IMG/VR virus record: IMGVR_UViG_2929042913_000010
Span: 2,344-66,343 of that record
DNA length: 64,000 bases
Direction: 5' to 3' (one strand)
DNA from: a virus
Lineage: Duplodnaviria; Caudoviricetes
In this document: positions 36,887 through 46,883 of the stretch, in pieces
How positions within the stretch are numbered: position 1 is the first letter of the stretch
Layout: every line of letters starts with the position of its first letter
Notes under the pieces: generated by a model
Database searches by the model: none
Told to the model about the DNA's origin: nothing
What the model saw: only the letters and a program-made list of their open reading frames with translations
Made by a program: the position numbers and the translations under genes

Positions 36887-38972
36887 GCGCAGTCCATTCC
36901 GCTAAATTTTGTGGTGACATTCCATTTGTCACTTGAATGGTTACGTTATCAAATCGCTTGCTGTTATCAACGCTTTGAGTTCGGTTATTGCTGATTTGCC
37001 GACTAATGCCGCCTTTCTCTACACCACTAAGTTGCCCACCGACCAATAAACCTGCAGCACTGGCAGCTGCTGGGGATCCGTCAATGGTTCCGGTAGCCTT
37101 GGTTTCAATATTGACGCCGGGTAAATAATTTAACTTTTCAACGATGCTGTTCCAGACGCCTGTAAACATATCTGTGATAGATTGCCAAACATTCGAAAAA
37201 ATGTTTTTAATCGTATTTCCCATCGCTTCAAATGTTTTATCGATTGAGAAATCGCCGAAGAAATTAACAACATTATCCCAGCCCTCCGTGATAGCTTGCC
37301 ACGTTTGTGTAAATGCAATTTTAGTTCCTTCAATCATGAACATAATGGCTTTGAATGCCCATGTGTCAGAAAAATAGGCTGTAAATTCTTGCCACTTTTG
37401 TGACATCCATTCCCATGCCTGCATTGCAACAAGACCCACGGCACGTACAGCAATAGAAACAACTTTAAATGCAGTGGTGTCCATAATCGCGGCTTTGATA
37501 TCATCCCAATGCTGAATGAGCTTATAGATGCCGTAAGCCAGTAAAGCGATAGCACCAATAATGAATAAGATAGGCCAACTCATAAATGAGAAACTGACAC
37601 CTGCAGCCATAGCCGCAATACGCACCGCAAGTAACGTTCCGCGAATAAATTTTAACGCCACATTCCACGCAAGAATGGCAGTTCGATAAAGCCAGATTGC
37701 TGCAGTGCTGATTTTTAAGATGCCCGTGAAAACGCTCATGATGATTTTTAAGCCCATCAAGATAAATTTAGATATTCCCATCACGATATTAGCTGCAGCA
37801 CCCGCCGCGGCGAATCCAAGAATGCCCATCGTGATATAGCCGACCCAACGGGCGATATTCGGGAATAACGTCAACCATCTAACCAGCGTTTGACCACCTT
37901 CAGCCATTTTGTCGATTAAGGGAGTGATCACAGGTAATAAAGTCATACCGACAGCAATGCGGATAGATTGCCAGATAGACATTAACCGTTCCCACGGATT
38001 TGCCAATTTTGCAGCTTGCTCGGTGGTGCGCTTCATCCCATCACTCGCACCTAAGAAACCGATATTTTTACGCAAAATATCGACATTGCCGTAAAACTGT
38101 TTAACTACGACAGCTGAATCACCGAAAGCGGCTTCAATTTCTTTTTGGGCTTTTAAGTTGCCCTCAATACTGGATCCGTATTTCGTTTGGAGTTTATCCA
38201 ACACTTCAGGCATAGACAGCATTTGACCGGATGCATTAACGAATGATAGGCCTAGCTTTTTACCACTATCGGTTGCAGTTTTGAGGAATGCTTCATAAGC
38301 CCCTGACGATTCACCACCAAGCGTTCTTTGTAACTCCCCCAATACCGCTAATTGCTCGTCAATGCCCACGCCAAATTGGGTACCTGCATTTTTTGCGCCT
38401 TCCATCAAAGAGGTGACTTCTGACATCGATACACCAAAGGCTTTGGACATATAAACCGCTTTGCCCGCTAATTCTTCAGCAAACTGCACTTGTCCGACTT
38501 GATTAGCGTAGCGCTCAAACTGATTGAACATTTGCCCCATGTACTGCGTAGCTTCCTCTGGGGTACTTTTTAGGGCTGCAGCGGTTGTATTTGTAATGCG
38601 TGTTAATTGGGGTAAATCTTGCTGAGTCACATTATTAATTGCTCGACTGATCGCCGTTGTGGACTTCACAAAATCAATAGAGGATTTGCCGTATTGCGCT
38701 GCAAATTTAAGGGCATCTTTGGAAATCGTATCCATGACGCCGTCGTCAATGCCTTGCAATGATGCGGTCATCATGGCGTCATTCATTTCGATTGCTGGAT
38801 CAAGAATATTTTTGATAGACCAAAAAGCCCCTGCAAGACCAGCACCGCCAATCGCAATCTTTCCAAATGCGACTTGGCTATCTCGAGCAAAGCCCGAAAC
38901 AGCCGATTGAACTTGTTTGATGGGTTTTGTGATGTTGTCGATAAGACTGAGTGTGAAATCTAGTTCGCTCAT
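36873..38972 (-). CDS. Tail tape measure protein
   Basis: Near-identical to 5669..7768. Confidence 0.92.
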   Translation of the reverse strand: MSELDFTLSLIDNITKPIKQVQSAVSGFARDSQVAFGKIAIGGAGLAGAFWSIKNILDPAIEMNDAMMTASLQGIDDGVMDTISKDALKFAAQYGKSSIDFVKSTTAISRAINNVTQQDLPQLTRITNTTAAALKSTPEEATQYMGQMFNQFERYANQVGQVQFAEELAGKAVYMSKAFGVSMSEVTSLMEGAKNAGTQFGVGIDEQLAVLGELQRTLGGESSGAYEAFLKTATDSGKKLGLSFVNASGQMLSMPEVLDKLQTKYGSSIEGNLKAQKEIEAAFGDSAVVVKQFYGNVDILRKNIGFLGASDGMKRTTEQAAKLANPWERLMSIWQSIRIAVGMTLLPVITPLIDKMAEGGQTLVRWLTLFPNIARWVGYITMGILGFAAAGAAANIVMGISKFILMGLKIIMSVFTGILKISTAAIWLYRTAILAWNVALKFIRGTLLAVRIAAMAAGVSFSFMSWPILFIIGAIALLAYGIYKLIQHWDDIKAAIMDTTAFKVVSIAVRAVGLVAMQAWEWMSQKWQEFTAYFSDTWAFKAIMFMIEGTKIAFTQTWQAITEGWDNVVNFFGDFSIDKTFEAMGNTIKNIFSNVWQSITDMFTGVWNSIVEKLNYLPGVNIETKATGTIDGSPAAASAAGLLVGGQLSGVEKGGISRQISNNRTQSVDNSKRFDNVTIQVTNGMSPQNLAEWTALENG

Positions 38973-39169
38973 GAGTCACCCTTGAACGCTAGTGCAATTC
39001 CATTCGCGATAGATATCCGCATATTTTCTGAGTAGCGGTTATCTAACCAGATTGCAGCGGCAATATTTTCTTCCGTGTCAGGCTCATGGGGTAAATACCG
39101 CTGTCGCAAGATTAAAAATTGCTGCAGCGGATTATTTTCAATAGCGGTGACACGGTTGGTTAGTTTTTT
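38969..39169 (-). CDS. -1 frameshift extension of the tail assembly chaperone
   Basis: Same AAAAAAC slippery site and open -1 frame as in prophage 1. Confidence 0.8.
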   Translation of the reverse strand, partial: KKLTNRVTAIENNPLQQFLILRQRYLPHEPDTEENIAAAIWLDNRYSENMRISIANGIALAFKGDS

Positions 39170-39423
39170 ACGCTAATTTCCAATTTTGGCGCGTATTCTT
39201 TATTTACAAGTTCAACAATTTGCATTGCCGCACTTGGCATTGCTAATAGCTCGTCTAAAAACGCTTTGCTATCAGCACAAACAATACGCTTCAAATAAGA
39301 CGTAATAGGGGCAACTTTATTATCCATCGACATATCGTTAATCATGCCGTTGTAAGCCGTTAAGTTTGGCTCAAAACTAATATCTTTTTCGCCGATGGTT
39401 AAAGTAATAATTTGTTTAGTCAT
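39160..39423 (-). CDS. Tail assembly chaperone
   Basis: Paralog of 7956..8219. Confidence 0.8.
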   Translation of the reverse strand: MTKQIITLTIGEKDISFEPNLTAYNGMINDMSMDNKVAPITSYLKRIVCADSKAFLDELLAMPSAAMQIVELVNKEYAPKLEISVKN

Positions 39424-39769
39424 GAGAGAGTTCCTTTCTCTTTCTAATTTCGTCCGTTAATTGGTTGTGCCGTGCGGCACATTGACCATATAAAATAGCC
39501 ATTTTTTCTAATGGCTCTGAGATATCACGGCCTGTTGTTCCCGCGAGTCTCGGAATGTCCGTTGAGCATTTTTTTAACAGGTTTTCCTGATAACTCACGC
39601 TCGATATTTTCGGCGGTTTGGTTGTACATGCTGATAAAGTCATCACTAACACAAACGTTAGTAAACACAGGCTTAATAATTTCAGTGCGTATTTCTCTGG
39701 GGGCAGCATTGGCGATCCCCTCCAGTTTTTGTTCAAGCGCCTGACCTGATTGGCTTGATATTTTTTCAA
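39416..39769 (-). CDS. o-spanin (Rz1-like lipoprotein); likely start ~39709
   Basis: Lipobox LSAC; overlaps the i-spanin. Confidence 0.8.
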   Translation of the reverse strand: MKKYQANQVRRLNKNWRGSPMLPPEKYALKLLSLCLLTFVLVMTLSACTTKPPKISSVSYQENLLKKCSTDIPRLAGTTGRDISEPLEKMAILYGQCAARHNQLTDEIRKRKELSHD

Positions 39770-39902
39770 TATTAATGCGGGTTTTATCCGCTACTTTTTG
39801 AGCTGTTAGCTCTAAGCTATCGTGATAAAGCCCGTTTACTTTCCAACCCGCACCGAACGCGCAAGTTAGTAATGCGATTATCAGCGCGAGTTGTTTAGTC
39901 AT
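39525..39902 (-). CDS. i-spanin (Rz-like)
   Basis: Paralog of 8321..8698. Confidence 0.8.
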   Translation of the reverse strand: MTKQLALIIALLTCAFGAGWKVNGLYHDSLELTAQKVADKTRINIEKISSQSGQALEQKLEGIANAAPREIRTEIIKPVFTNVCVSDDFISMYNQTAENIERELSGKPVKKMLNGHSETRGNNRP

Positions 39903-40234
39903 TACTTAACCCCGTTATGTTCTAACGAATAATGGTTACCATCGTTAAATCGACCGCCCCAAGTGCCTCCAATCGACTCCCAATATTCGCCTAGTGGTTG
40001 GTGATCAGTAGTTGATGTCATCCATTTACCATTGATAAATAGATTAAAATCCACTGCTAAGCGCTGGGTGTGCAAACTATTTTTGATGCCTTTACCTGCT
40101 TTGGCATTTAATGCAGCTTGCTCTGGCTTGCGATAAGCTTCACCAAATGTCAATCGGTAGCCGTGCTCGTCAGCCCAATTGATAAGCTGTGCAATTTTTA
40201 CGGTAAACAGTGCTTGTTTTTCTGAAAGTGTCAT
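39902..40234 (-). CDS. Endolysin, M15-family metallopeptidase
   Basis: R...Q, SLHTQRLAVD and WGGRF.DGNH zinc-peptidase motifs. Confidence 0.88.
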   Translation of the reverse strand: MTLSEKQALFTVKIAQLINWADEHGYRLTFGEAYRKPEQAALNAKAGKGIKNSLHTQRLAVDFNLFINGKWMTSTTDHQPLGEYWESIGGTWGGRFNDGNHYSLEHNGVK

Positions 40235-40524
40235 TGTTTAAATTTCCTTTTTAACAGTGCGCTTCCACGCTTTTTTAACCACATCTCAATTAATTGATAA
40301 CCGATAATGCCAAATGCCGAGCCAAGTCCAGTAATCGCCAGCGGTGAAATATCCGGTATCCAAATTAAAACTGCACCCGCTAACATTGAAACAGCAGACC
40401 CTAAAATGACACGACCAAAAAATAGTCGGGCTGTAATTTGCTCATCACTTGTTAATATTTTACCAATCGCAATAAATACACCGATAAAAAATAACGCGAT
40501 GAATGTTTTTTCGTGTTCTTCCAT
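40231..40524 (-). CDS. Holin
   Basis: Three TMs; diverged homolog of the prophage 1 holin. Confidence 0.85.
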   Translation of the reverse strand: MEEHEKTFIALFFIGVFIAIGKILTSDEQITARLFFGRVILGSAVSMLAGAVLIWIPDISPLAITGLGSAFGIIGYQLIEMWLKKRGSALLKRKFKQ

Positions 40525-40540
40525 GAACAAATTGTCCTTA

Positions 40541-40996
40541 TTATCCGATAAGGGTTTGAGTTAATTCAGATTCCAAATAGGGAATGCCTTTAATGCGCAC
40601 AAAATCAGGACTGGTGACCAGATATTTGATTTTATGGGTCGTGACAGCACCGCCTTTGGGGTCGATATCTAAAATATCACTGAGAATCAACTTATTGCCG
40701 AATGACTCCACTTTCATTTCTTCGCTGCCTGCCTTGGCATACCAAAGAAAATCCATGACTTTAATGCCACGCCAAGAACCTGCAGCACGTGCTTTTGCGA
40801 CGATAATTTCAAAATATTTAGTACTAATTTCGATTTCACCCTCTGCGCTTACATCGCCCGCAACAAAACCATCAGGCATACCGCGCGTTTGCGCCGCTGC
40901 AGTGTTATCTGTAATAGACAAACTCACCTTTTCGACGTGAATTAAGTCACCATCAATATTGAAGTCAAAACTTTGACCCGATAAACGTTGGCTCAT
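40541..40996 (-). CDS. Tail tube protein
   Basis: Paralog of 9412..9867. Confidence 0.85.
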   Translation of the reverse strand: MSQRLSGQSFDFNIDGDLIHVEKVSLSITDNTAAAQTRGMPDGFVAGDVSAEGEIEISTKYFEIIVAKARAAGSWRGIKVMDFLWYAKAGSEEMKVESFGNKLILSDILDIDPKGGAVTTHKIKYLVTSPDFVRIKGIPYLESELTQTLIG

Positions 40997-42114
40997 TGAT
41001 TAGCCTCCAAGCTAGCATCCAGTAAGATACTGACCGTAATCCCTTTAGGGCATTCATACGTTCTTACTGTGATATAAATTTCAACGGTATTTTTGGTTTT
41101 CCACACAATGACAACATCACCATCTTGCGGCGGCATGCATTCACCGGGGAACGTGACACCGTTAATTTCCGCACTACGTGACATTTCACGCATAGTGCGC
41201 GCAAAGTAGCTTTTGTGGGTTTCGATGCTATTTGGCGTACTGTTTAAGCTACGATCCCCAATTTTTGCAATTGCTTGTAAACGTACGCGGCGCGCGACTT
41301 TATCGACAATGCGTAAGTTTTCGATAGATTGATAATCACCGCCTTCGACATCTAACGTACGACCGTCAGACCAGTACAGGCCGTCATAGTCGGGGTACCA
41401 CATTGGCACACTAAAACGCAGTTTTTCCAGTGCTTGAAGTGTGGCTAAATCTAGCTCGACGTCGTCACTATCTTTCGGAAAATCAACGCTACCCAAGTCA
41501 ATTAATGCCCCTGTTTTTACACGTGCTGGGCTATCGGCAATGGTGACAGCACGCGTACATAATCGACCAGCTAATACACCTGCTTCATTACCCCACAAGC
41601 TAGGCACCAATTGAATAGATGGGGCGGCTTCGCCTTTTTGTAATTCACTGAGGCGAGTCAGCGCATCTTGCCATGTTTCGCCCACTTGCAATCCAGTCAC
41701 GGAAAGAATGGACCATGTCCAACGACCCAATTTAGCCAGTAAATTTGCGCGGAGTGTTTGCGCCGCTTTAATGGTGGCCTTGGTGGTTTCACCGATATAA
41801 ACGTAACCCTCAACACTGGCGATTGATTGTGCTTTTAATACCGCATCAACAAAATCAGTGTCTAAGGCGCTCTCTGGCAGAATGTGAACATAACCAAACC
41901 AGTTCTGCCCTGCATTCGCCGCCGTTGCTTTGATATTCGACTTTAAAGGGCTATCTTCTGCCCCCAGTAATGTATCTAAATCAGTTTGAGTATTGACGGG
42001 TAAGGTTTCGCCGATATGGCTTTTCCCTTTACCTACAAATAACAAGACGCGCTCAATTTCTTTCGTTTCGCCTTGTAACTGATTGACTTGATTAACCTGA
42101 ACGTTAGGCCACAT
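40993..42114 (-). CDS. Tail sheath protein
   Basis: Paralog of 9864..10985. Confidence 0.88.
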   Translation of the reverse strand: MWPNVQVNQVNQLQGETKEIERVLLFVGKGKSHIGETLPVNTQTDLDTLLGAEDSPLKSNIKATAANAGQNWFGYVHILPESALDTDFVDAVLKAQSIASVEGYVYIGETTKATIKAAQTLRANLLAKLGRWTWSILSVTGLQVGETWQDALTRLSELQKGEAAPSIQLVPSLWGNEAGVLAGRLCTRAVTIADSPARVKTGALIDLGSVDFPKDSDDVELDLATLQALEKLRFSVPMWYPDYDGLYWSDGRTLDVEGGDYQSIENLRIVDKVARRVRLQAIAKIGDRSLNSTPNSIETHKSYFARTMREMSRSAEINGVTFPGECMPPQDGDVVIVWKTKNTVEIYITVRTYECPKGITVSILLDASLEANQ

Positions 42115-42126
42115 AGTTAAATCCTT

Positions 42127-42831
42127 TTATTTAATATCCTGCGCCTTGATATCAGCGCCAAATCCAATCCCTTGTAACTGCCTTGCGAGCGCCTTTTTAA
42201 AATCGCTGTCACCCATGCCAAAAAATACACGAGCAGGAACATCAATTGTCCAACTGCCTTTTGCTGTTTTGCCGCTTAGCTTCTTGATAATTAAACCCGC
42301 TTGATTAAAAGACATCGTTTCAGTTATCAGTTTTACTGTCGGCTTTTTAAGCCGTTTGCCTTGTTTTACTTGATACCCCAATTCACGTAATTTTTTTGCC
42401 TGCTTTTTTGTAGCTAATCGACTTGGATCATTGCTTTGTTGGCTTTCAACTTGCCGCCGTCGAACTGTTACACTCATACCGTTTTGTTGAGAGAAACCAA
42501 CCACACCAGCGGGCACATTTTTAGCCCCATTACGATACTTACCGCCTTGCAAATAAATTCGGATGGCTTCAACTTGCGGCATTTCTTTTATATGCAACAG
42601 CTTTGGCATATTGCGCAGCATCTTTTTTTTATAATTACTTTGCCTGCCTTGCCATTTGTGACCGTCTGGCGATTGCTGATTTTTAACATTGCGCTTGGCT
42701 GCTGCTATAACGCCGTATTTCGCCATACGCCATAAAAAACGCTGTCGTTTCTTCGGCGGCAATTCCAAGCCTTTTAAGGCTTTTTGCATATCTGCAAATT
42801 GGTTTTTATTCAGCTGACCATTAATTATCAT
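42127..42831 (-). CDS. Virion morphogenesis protein (gpS-like)
   Basis: Paralog of 10998..11711. Confidence 0.8.
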   Translation of the reverse strand: MIINGQLNKNQFADMQKALKGLELPPKKRQRFLWRMAKYGVIAAAKRNVKNQQSPDGHKWQGRQSNYKKKMLRNMPKLLHIKEMPQVEAIRIYLQGGKYRNGAKNVPAGVVGFSQQNGMSVTVRRRQVESQQSNDPSRLATKKQAKKLRELGYQVKQGKRLKKPTVKLITETMSFNQAGLIIKKLSGKTAKGSWTIDVPARVFFGMGDSDFKKALARQLQGIGFGADIKAQDIK

Positions 42832-43300
42832 GTTTTATATCGCTATAGATTTCAGCGTGCTCAGCGAACCATGTTTGCGGGTCAGCAAGTGCCCAACGCT
42901 CACCATCAAAGGGAACTAACCCTTCAGGGTCTTTTTTCATTACAACGGGTTCAGCTAATGAAATCGTCACAACAACAACCGCGGTATATTCATCAACATC
43001 AACTGTCATTGACGGTGATTCTTGTTCAATATTGCTGTCATTAAATTCGTTGTCTTGTTGGCTAATCCACGCATCAATTAATAAAGGAATATAACGTGGA
43101 TCAAGTTCGCGATAAGGAAAGCGCCCCCACGCGATGACCGCATCATATTGCTGTATCATCATTTGATACTGGTCTAACCCTAAGTCTTTTTGAGCACGAA
43201 TAAACTGGATTTCGTCTGTTTCGCTAGTAAATTCAACTTCGCAGATTCTTTTTGGTAAATTGTCTTTTAAAAATCGGGTTAGGCTTTGTAATTTACTCAT
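42821..43300 (-). CDS. Tail completion protein (gpR-like)
   Basis: Paralog of 11701..12180. Confidence 0.75.
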   Translation of the reverse strand: MSKLQSLTRFLKDNLPKRICEVEFTSETDEIQFIRAQKDLGLDQYQMMIQQYDAVIAWGRFPYRELDPRYIPLLIDAWISQQDNEFNDSNIEQESPSMTVDVDEYTAVVVVTISLAEPVVMKKDPEGLVPFDGERWALADPQTWFAEHAEIYSDIKHDN

Positions 43301-43749
43301 ATCATCGCCACTGTTACGCGCTTTAAACCTTTCATGTTTCGGATCACAAATGCAGCTTCCGCGAGTAAATTATTTTTCGTTTCTGGATTTTCCTGCTTCG
43401 GATTCGGTGCGCGACTCACAATTGAGGTATACTCACCAATTAAATCCGCTTTCGCACGGGCATACAGTGCTTTTTTATATTGCGCACATAATGCGTTTTG
43501 CCCGTTTGCTTTTGCGCCCGGCACTTCAAGTGCTTTGCTATAACCGTTCGCAATATATTTACTCTTTAATGATTCCAGCGATAAATTAATCTCGGCAATA
43601 CTTGCTAATAAGGCATCTGTCAGTAAATCATCATCTAAATCTAATGGTATTTGTCGCTGTTTTTGAAAATCCACTAAATTTAAATCAGGCCAAAAACCAT
43701 CATTCGTGATTTCAACTGATTGATATTTTAAGTCGTTGCCGTTAAGCAT
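43297..43749 (-). CDS. Head completion protein (gpL-like)
   Basis: NDGFWPD and YKKALYARAKADL motifs. Confidence 0.88.
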   Translation of the reverse strand: MLNGNDLKYQSVEITNDGFWPDLNLVDFQKQRQIPLDLDDDLLTDALLASIAEINLSLESLKSKYIANGYSKALEVPGAKANGQNALCAQYKKALYARAKADLIGEYTSIVSRAPNPKQENPETKNNLLAEAAFVIRNMKGLKRVTVAMI

Positions 43750-43762
43750 AATTTACCGCCTG

Positions 43763-43987
43763 CTACTTTGAATCACTGCGCCAGAATATACTTCGCAATA
43801 CAAATAAGATGACAGATAGCCCGATAACGGTTCCCCAGTTAACAGGTAGCACGGTGTTTAATTCCGCTGAAATTGAGAACCAATTCCAGACACTTAATAT
43901 TCCCCAAGAAATACCGAGAGGTAACAATAAACATGCTGCAATAATGAGTAACGCCAGTATTGCACCAACCATTTTTCCTGCTTTCAT
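43763..43987 (-). CDS. Small two-TM membrane protein inserted in the head operon, prophage 2 only
   Basis: 74 aa, two hydrophobic helices, AAGGA RBS; no counterpart in prophage 1. Confidence 0.7.
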   Translation of the reverse strand: MKAGKMVGAILALLIIAACLLLPLGISWGILSVWNWFSISAELNTVLPVNWGTVIGLSVILFVLRSIFWRSDSK

Positions 43988-44007
43988 TATTCAATCCTTG
44001 TAATAAA

Positions 44008-44071
44008 AATCGGGCTGACTGGCTTCCAAGACTGAAAGCAATAAATTGCATCATCTCCACCACGCCCGATT
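44008..44071 (-). ncRNA. Putative cis-acting structured RNA after the terminase small subunit
   Basis: Covarying counterpart of 12649..12712. Confidence 0.6.
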
Positions 44072-44086
44072 GGCTTGCGGTAGTTG

Positions 44087-44794
44087 TTATTCGGTGGTTA
44101 GTGCTCTAATTCGCATAGCAATACGTTTTAGATACGTATCAACCCCGACTTTGTGATTAAGCTGTCGTGCTTTTTCCATGTATGCCGCCGCTTGTTCTAG
44201 CGTATCCACACAATCAATTGCACTGGCTTTCGCATCTGCATTGAGATCACTTCTTAGTAAATTCAATGCCGCAAATTTGTAGTATTTCGCCCTGATTTTT
44301 TCGTGAACTCGCCATTTTTCAGTTACGTTTTTAAATGTCCTTGAAAAATAAGGTTCTATACTGTTTCCGGATTCATTTTCCAACGTTGCCCACGCTAAAA
44401 TAATGTCAGCAACAAGGGCTGGAAATTGACTTCTGATGTTATCGGGGGTGAGCTGTCCCTGCTCAATGGCAATATCTGCCCAATCCAACCCCTTGTCGAA
44501 ATCCCCGACATCAAATAGCCAAATGGTGCAGTAAGCAAATATCGGGTTTCGGTATACTTCACCCTCGGACAAATAGCGTTCAGCTGTCGGAATATAGGCG
44601 GGCAATAACTCCCGCTTTTTCATTTCCACTCTGTCTGCTGTTGTCGGTTGCTCACGTAGCCGTTTGACATCCCGCTCAATCGCCCTTGCTTGTAAGTGCA
44701 TACTGGTACCATCGGCGATAGTAACGGCTTCTTGCCGTTCTAGCTTTTGGCGTAGTTCTACGGCTTGGCGGTGACGTTGAGCAGGTGATAGCAT
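44087..44794 (-). CDS. Terminase small subunit (gpM-like)
   Basis: MLSPAQRH and IWLFDVG motifs. Confidence 0.88.
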   Translation of the reverse strand: MLSPAQRHRQAVELRQKLERQEAVTIADGTSMHLQARAIERDVKRLREQPTTADRVEMKKRELLPAYIPTAERYLSEGEVYRNPIFAYCTIWLFDVGDFDKGLDWADIAIEQGQLTPDNIRSQFPALVADIILAWATLENESGNSIEPYFSRTFKNVTEKWRVHEKIRAKYYKFAALNLLRSDLNADAKASAIDCVDTLEQAAAYMEKARQLNHKVGVDTYLKRIAMRIRALTTE

Positions 44795-45819
44795 TACTCT
44801 ACAGTTTCCTTCGGTTCTGACACATTGCCGATGGTCACTGCGTCTTCATCATAAGCCCCGTATAACTCATAATACTCAAGCGCATAACCTTCATTACGCA
44901 GGTATTTATTTTCAAATTGTTTACGGTCTTCAACAAATTCAGCTTTACGTTGACCCGTACCACGTTGCGTGTACAGATGCAAGTTAGATAATGGTGTAAC
45001 AACCATACGTTTACCCGGCATAAACGGTGGAATAATCGCAGGGCGACCCGCAATGGTGGTTCCCAACATTTGAGCCGCTATTTTTTCCGTTGGTCGGTCT
45101 GCTGCTTGATACAAGCGGTATTGTTCAGCCGCAACCAATTCAGCCCCAACAAGCACCACTAAACGTGGATCATTGCGGAACTCAGGCGGTATACAGGTAT
45201 TAACAATATCCGATGCCATTGCATCCAATGATTTAAAATCACCTTTTTCATCAAGCACGACAGGTGTAGTGATAACTTGTTTACCACCTTGCCACTGTTT
45301 AGCCAGTGCGTGCCAACCGATATTAACGTCTTCGCCATTTGGGAACTTACGTGGATCCGTATTTTCAGCAACGTGTGTCCCGTTAAAACCGATACGCAGT
45401 TGGTCTAACGCAAATGATTTCAGCGTGAACCCTTGCATTTTCTGGAAAAATTCATCTTCACTACCTGAATTCGCCCATACGGATAATAAGCGCCATTCTA
45501 ATGCCGCACATGAATCTGTCTCATAAAGTTGGTAGGTATTGCCATCAACACCCAACTTACGAGAAAAACGACCATCTTTAACGCGCCCCGTGAAAATCCC
45601 CGGATTGCCTGTACTGACTACTTGCCCTTGAAGTTGGTCGACATATTGCAAATTAATCATGCCAAGGAAATCAACTTCTTCTAACAGTGCATCACGTAAT
45701 TGAATTTCTTTCGGCTCAGTAATCGCGAAATAACGCGATACATTATCCGTGCCTGCTTCACTCGCTAACGCAATCGCATAATTACGTAGAAACTCACGCG
45801 CTTTCAGGTTTAATAACAT
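44794..45819 (-). CDS. Major capsid protein (gpN)
   Basis: ALDQLRIGFNG and EDVNIGW motifs. Confidence 0.93.
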   Translation of the reverse strand: MLLNLKAREFLRNYAIALASEAGTDNVSRYFAITEPKEIQLRDALLEEVDFLGMINLQYVDQLQGQVVSTGNPGIFTGRVKDGRFSRKLGVDGNTYQLYETDSCAALEWRLLSVWANSGSEDEFFQKMQGFTLKSFALDQLRIGFNGTHVAENTDPRKFPNGEDVNIGWHALAKQWQGGKQVITTPVVLDEKGDFKSLDAMASDIVNTCIPPEFRNDPRLVVLVGAELVAAEQYRLYQAADRPTEKIAAQMLGTTIAGRPAIIPPFMPGKRMVVTPLSNLHLYTQRGTGQRKAEFVEDRKQFENKYLRNEGYALEYYELYGAYDEDAVTIGNVSEPKETVE

Positions 45820-45875
45820 GGAAATCCCTCTCCTAATTTTTCCAATTTCAATTTTTTAGTTTAATTACAACAGCA

Positions 45876-46721
45876 TTAAACTAAGTGATTGAAACGTTTT
45901 GTTTTATCTTTATCACCGCGTGGGTTTAACTTTGGTAAATTAGTAACTTTTGAATCTAACTTGCTAAAATTACTAACAATATTTGAAATATTGTCTTTTA
46001 ACTGTTTGAATTCAACGGTATCAACAACATCTTTAACGGTTTCAATGTCTTCTTGTACCTCTTCAACATCGGTTTCCGTTGACGTTAGACGCTGTTCAAT
46101 TGCAATTAGTCGCGTATGGAAATCTTGAAGTGCGTCTTTAATATTTTCTAATGTGACTTCATCGTCAGTGGATGAACTAGCATCGTTTGAATCTTCAATA
46201 TTAAAAAAACTTTTCCAACCGCCTTTTTTATCTTTAGCCATTTTTATTTTGTCCTTAAACTGTTTAACTTCATCGATAACGAGGGGTTTCAGTGAGCCGT
46301 ATCGATATTGGTTTTTTCCTGATTTAAAGCGTAATCGTGTTGTTCCAACACTTGCAGGGGAGCAAGTAACGCCAAGCCCTTCTAAATACGTTTTGCCTGT
46401 GCCTCTAAAATTTCCATCCGGTGTAAATTCCGCAGAGGTAAATAAAAGCTGACCGTCACGATTCGCTTGTAATAGATGATGATTTGGACACAGTTGAGCA
46501 TATAGCCTTAATACCCCATCACTATCTCTTTCAGTCTTTACGGCTAATACTTCGCCCATAGAACCAAAATAACGCTCATGCTCAGGCCAAATACAGGCTG
46601 TATATAAATTAGGGTCATAAAGTTCAGCGGATTCTTCTAGCCAATGAGCATCAATTCTACGTCCATCGACAGTATCACCCTCTGTAGCTATACACAGCCA
46701 ATTCGTCATTAATTGCGACAT
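45876..46721 (-). CDS. Capsid scaffolding protein (gpO)
   Basis: IATEGDTVDGR and YLEGLGVT.SPASVGT motifs. Confidence 0.92.
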   Translation of the reverse strand: MSQLMTNWLCIATEGDTVDGRRIDAHWLEESAELYDPNLYTACIWPEHERYFGSMGEVLAVKTERDSDGVLRLYAQLCPNHHLLQANRDGQLLFTSAEFTPDGNFRGTGKTYLEGLGVTCSPASVGTTRLRFKSGKNQYRYGSLKPLVIDEVKQFKDKIKMAKDKKGGWKSFFNIEDSNDASSSTDDEVTLENIKDALQDFHTRLIAIEQRLTSTETDVEEVQEDIETVKDVVDTVEFKQLKDNISNIVSNFSKLDSKVTNLPKLNPRGDKDKTKRFNHLV

Positions 46722-46812
46722 ATTTACATGTTGCTCCCATCCGTGGGTTTATTGCTTCCATTTCGTTAGGTTTTAGTATCGCCCACATTTTTTTTACTTT
46801 CGACAAGTTCGA

Positions 46813-46836
46813 TTCGGTTATAAACGCTTTGCCGAA
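46813..46836. promoter_or_regulatory. Putative late-activator site
   Basis: TTCGGTTATAAACGCTTTGCCGAA; counterpart of 15337..15360. Confidence 0.45.
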
Positions 46837-46883
46837 TGCGGGTTAATGCTAGACGCATCGGAGCACGTCACAATGCATCTACT

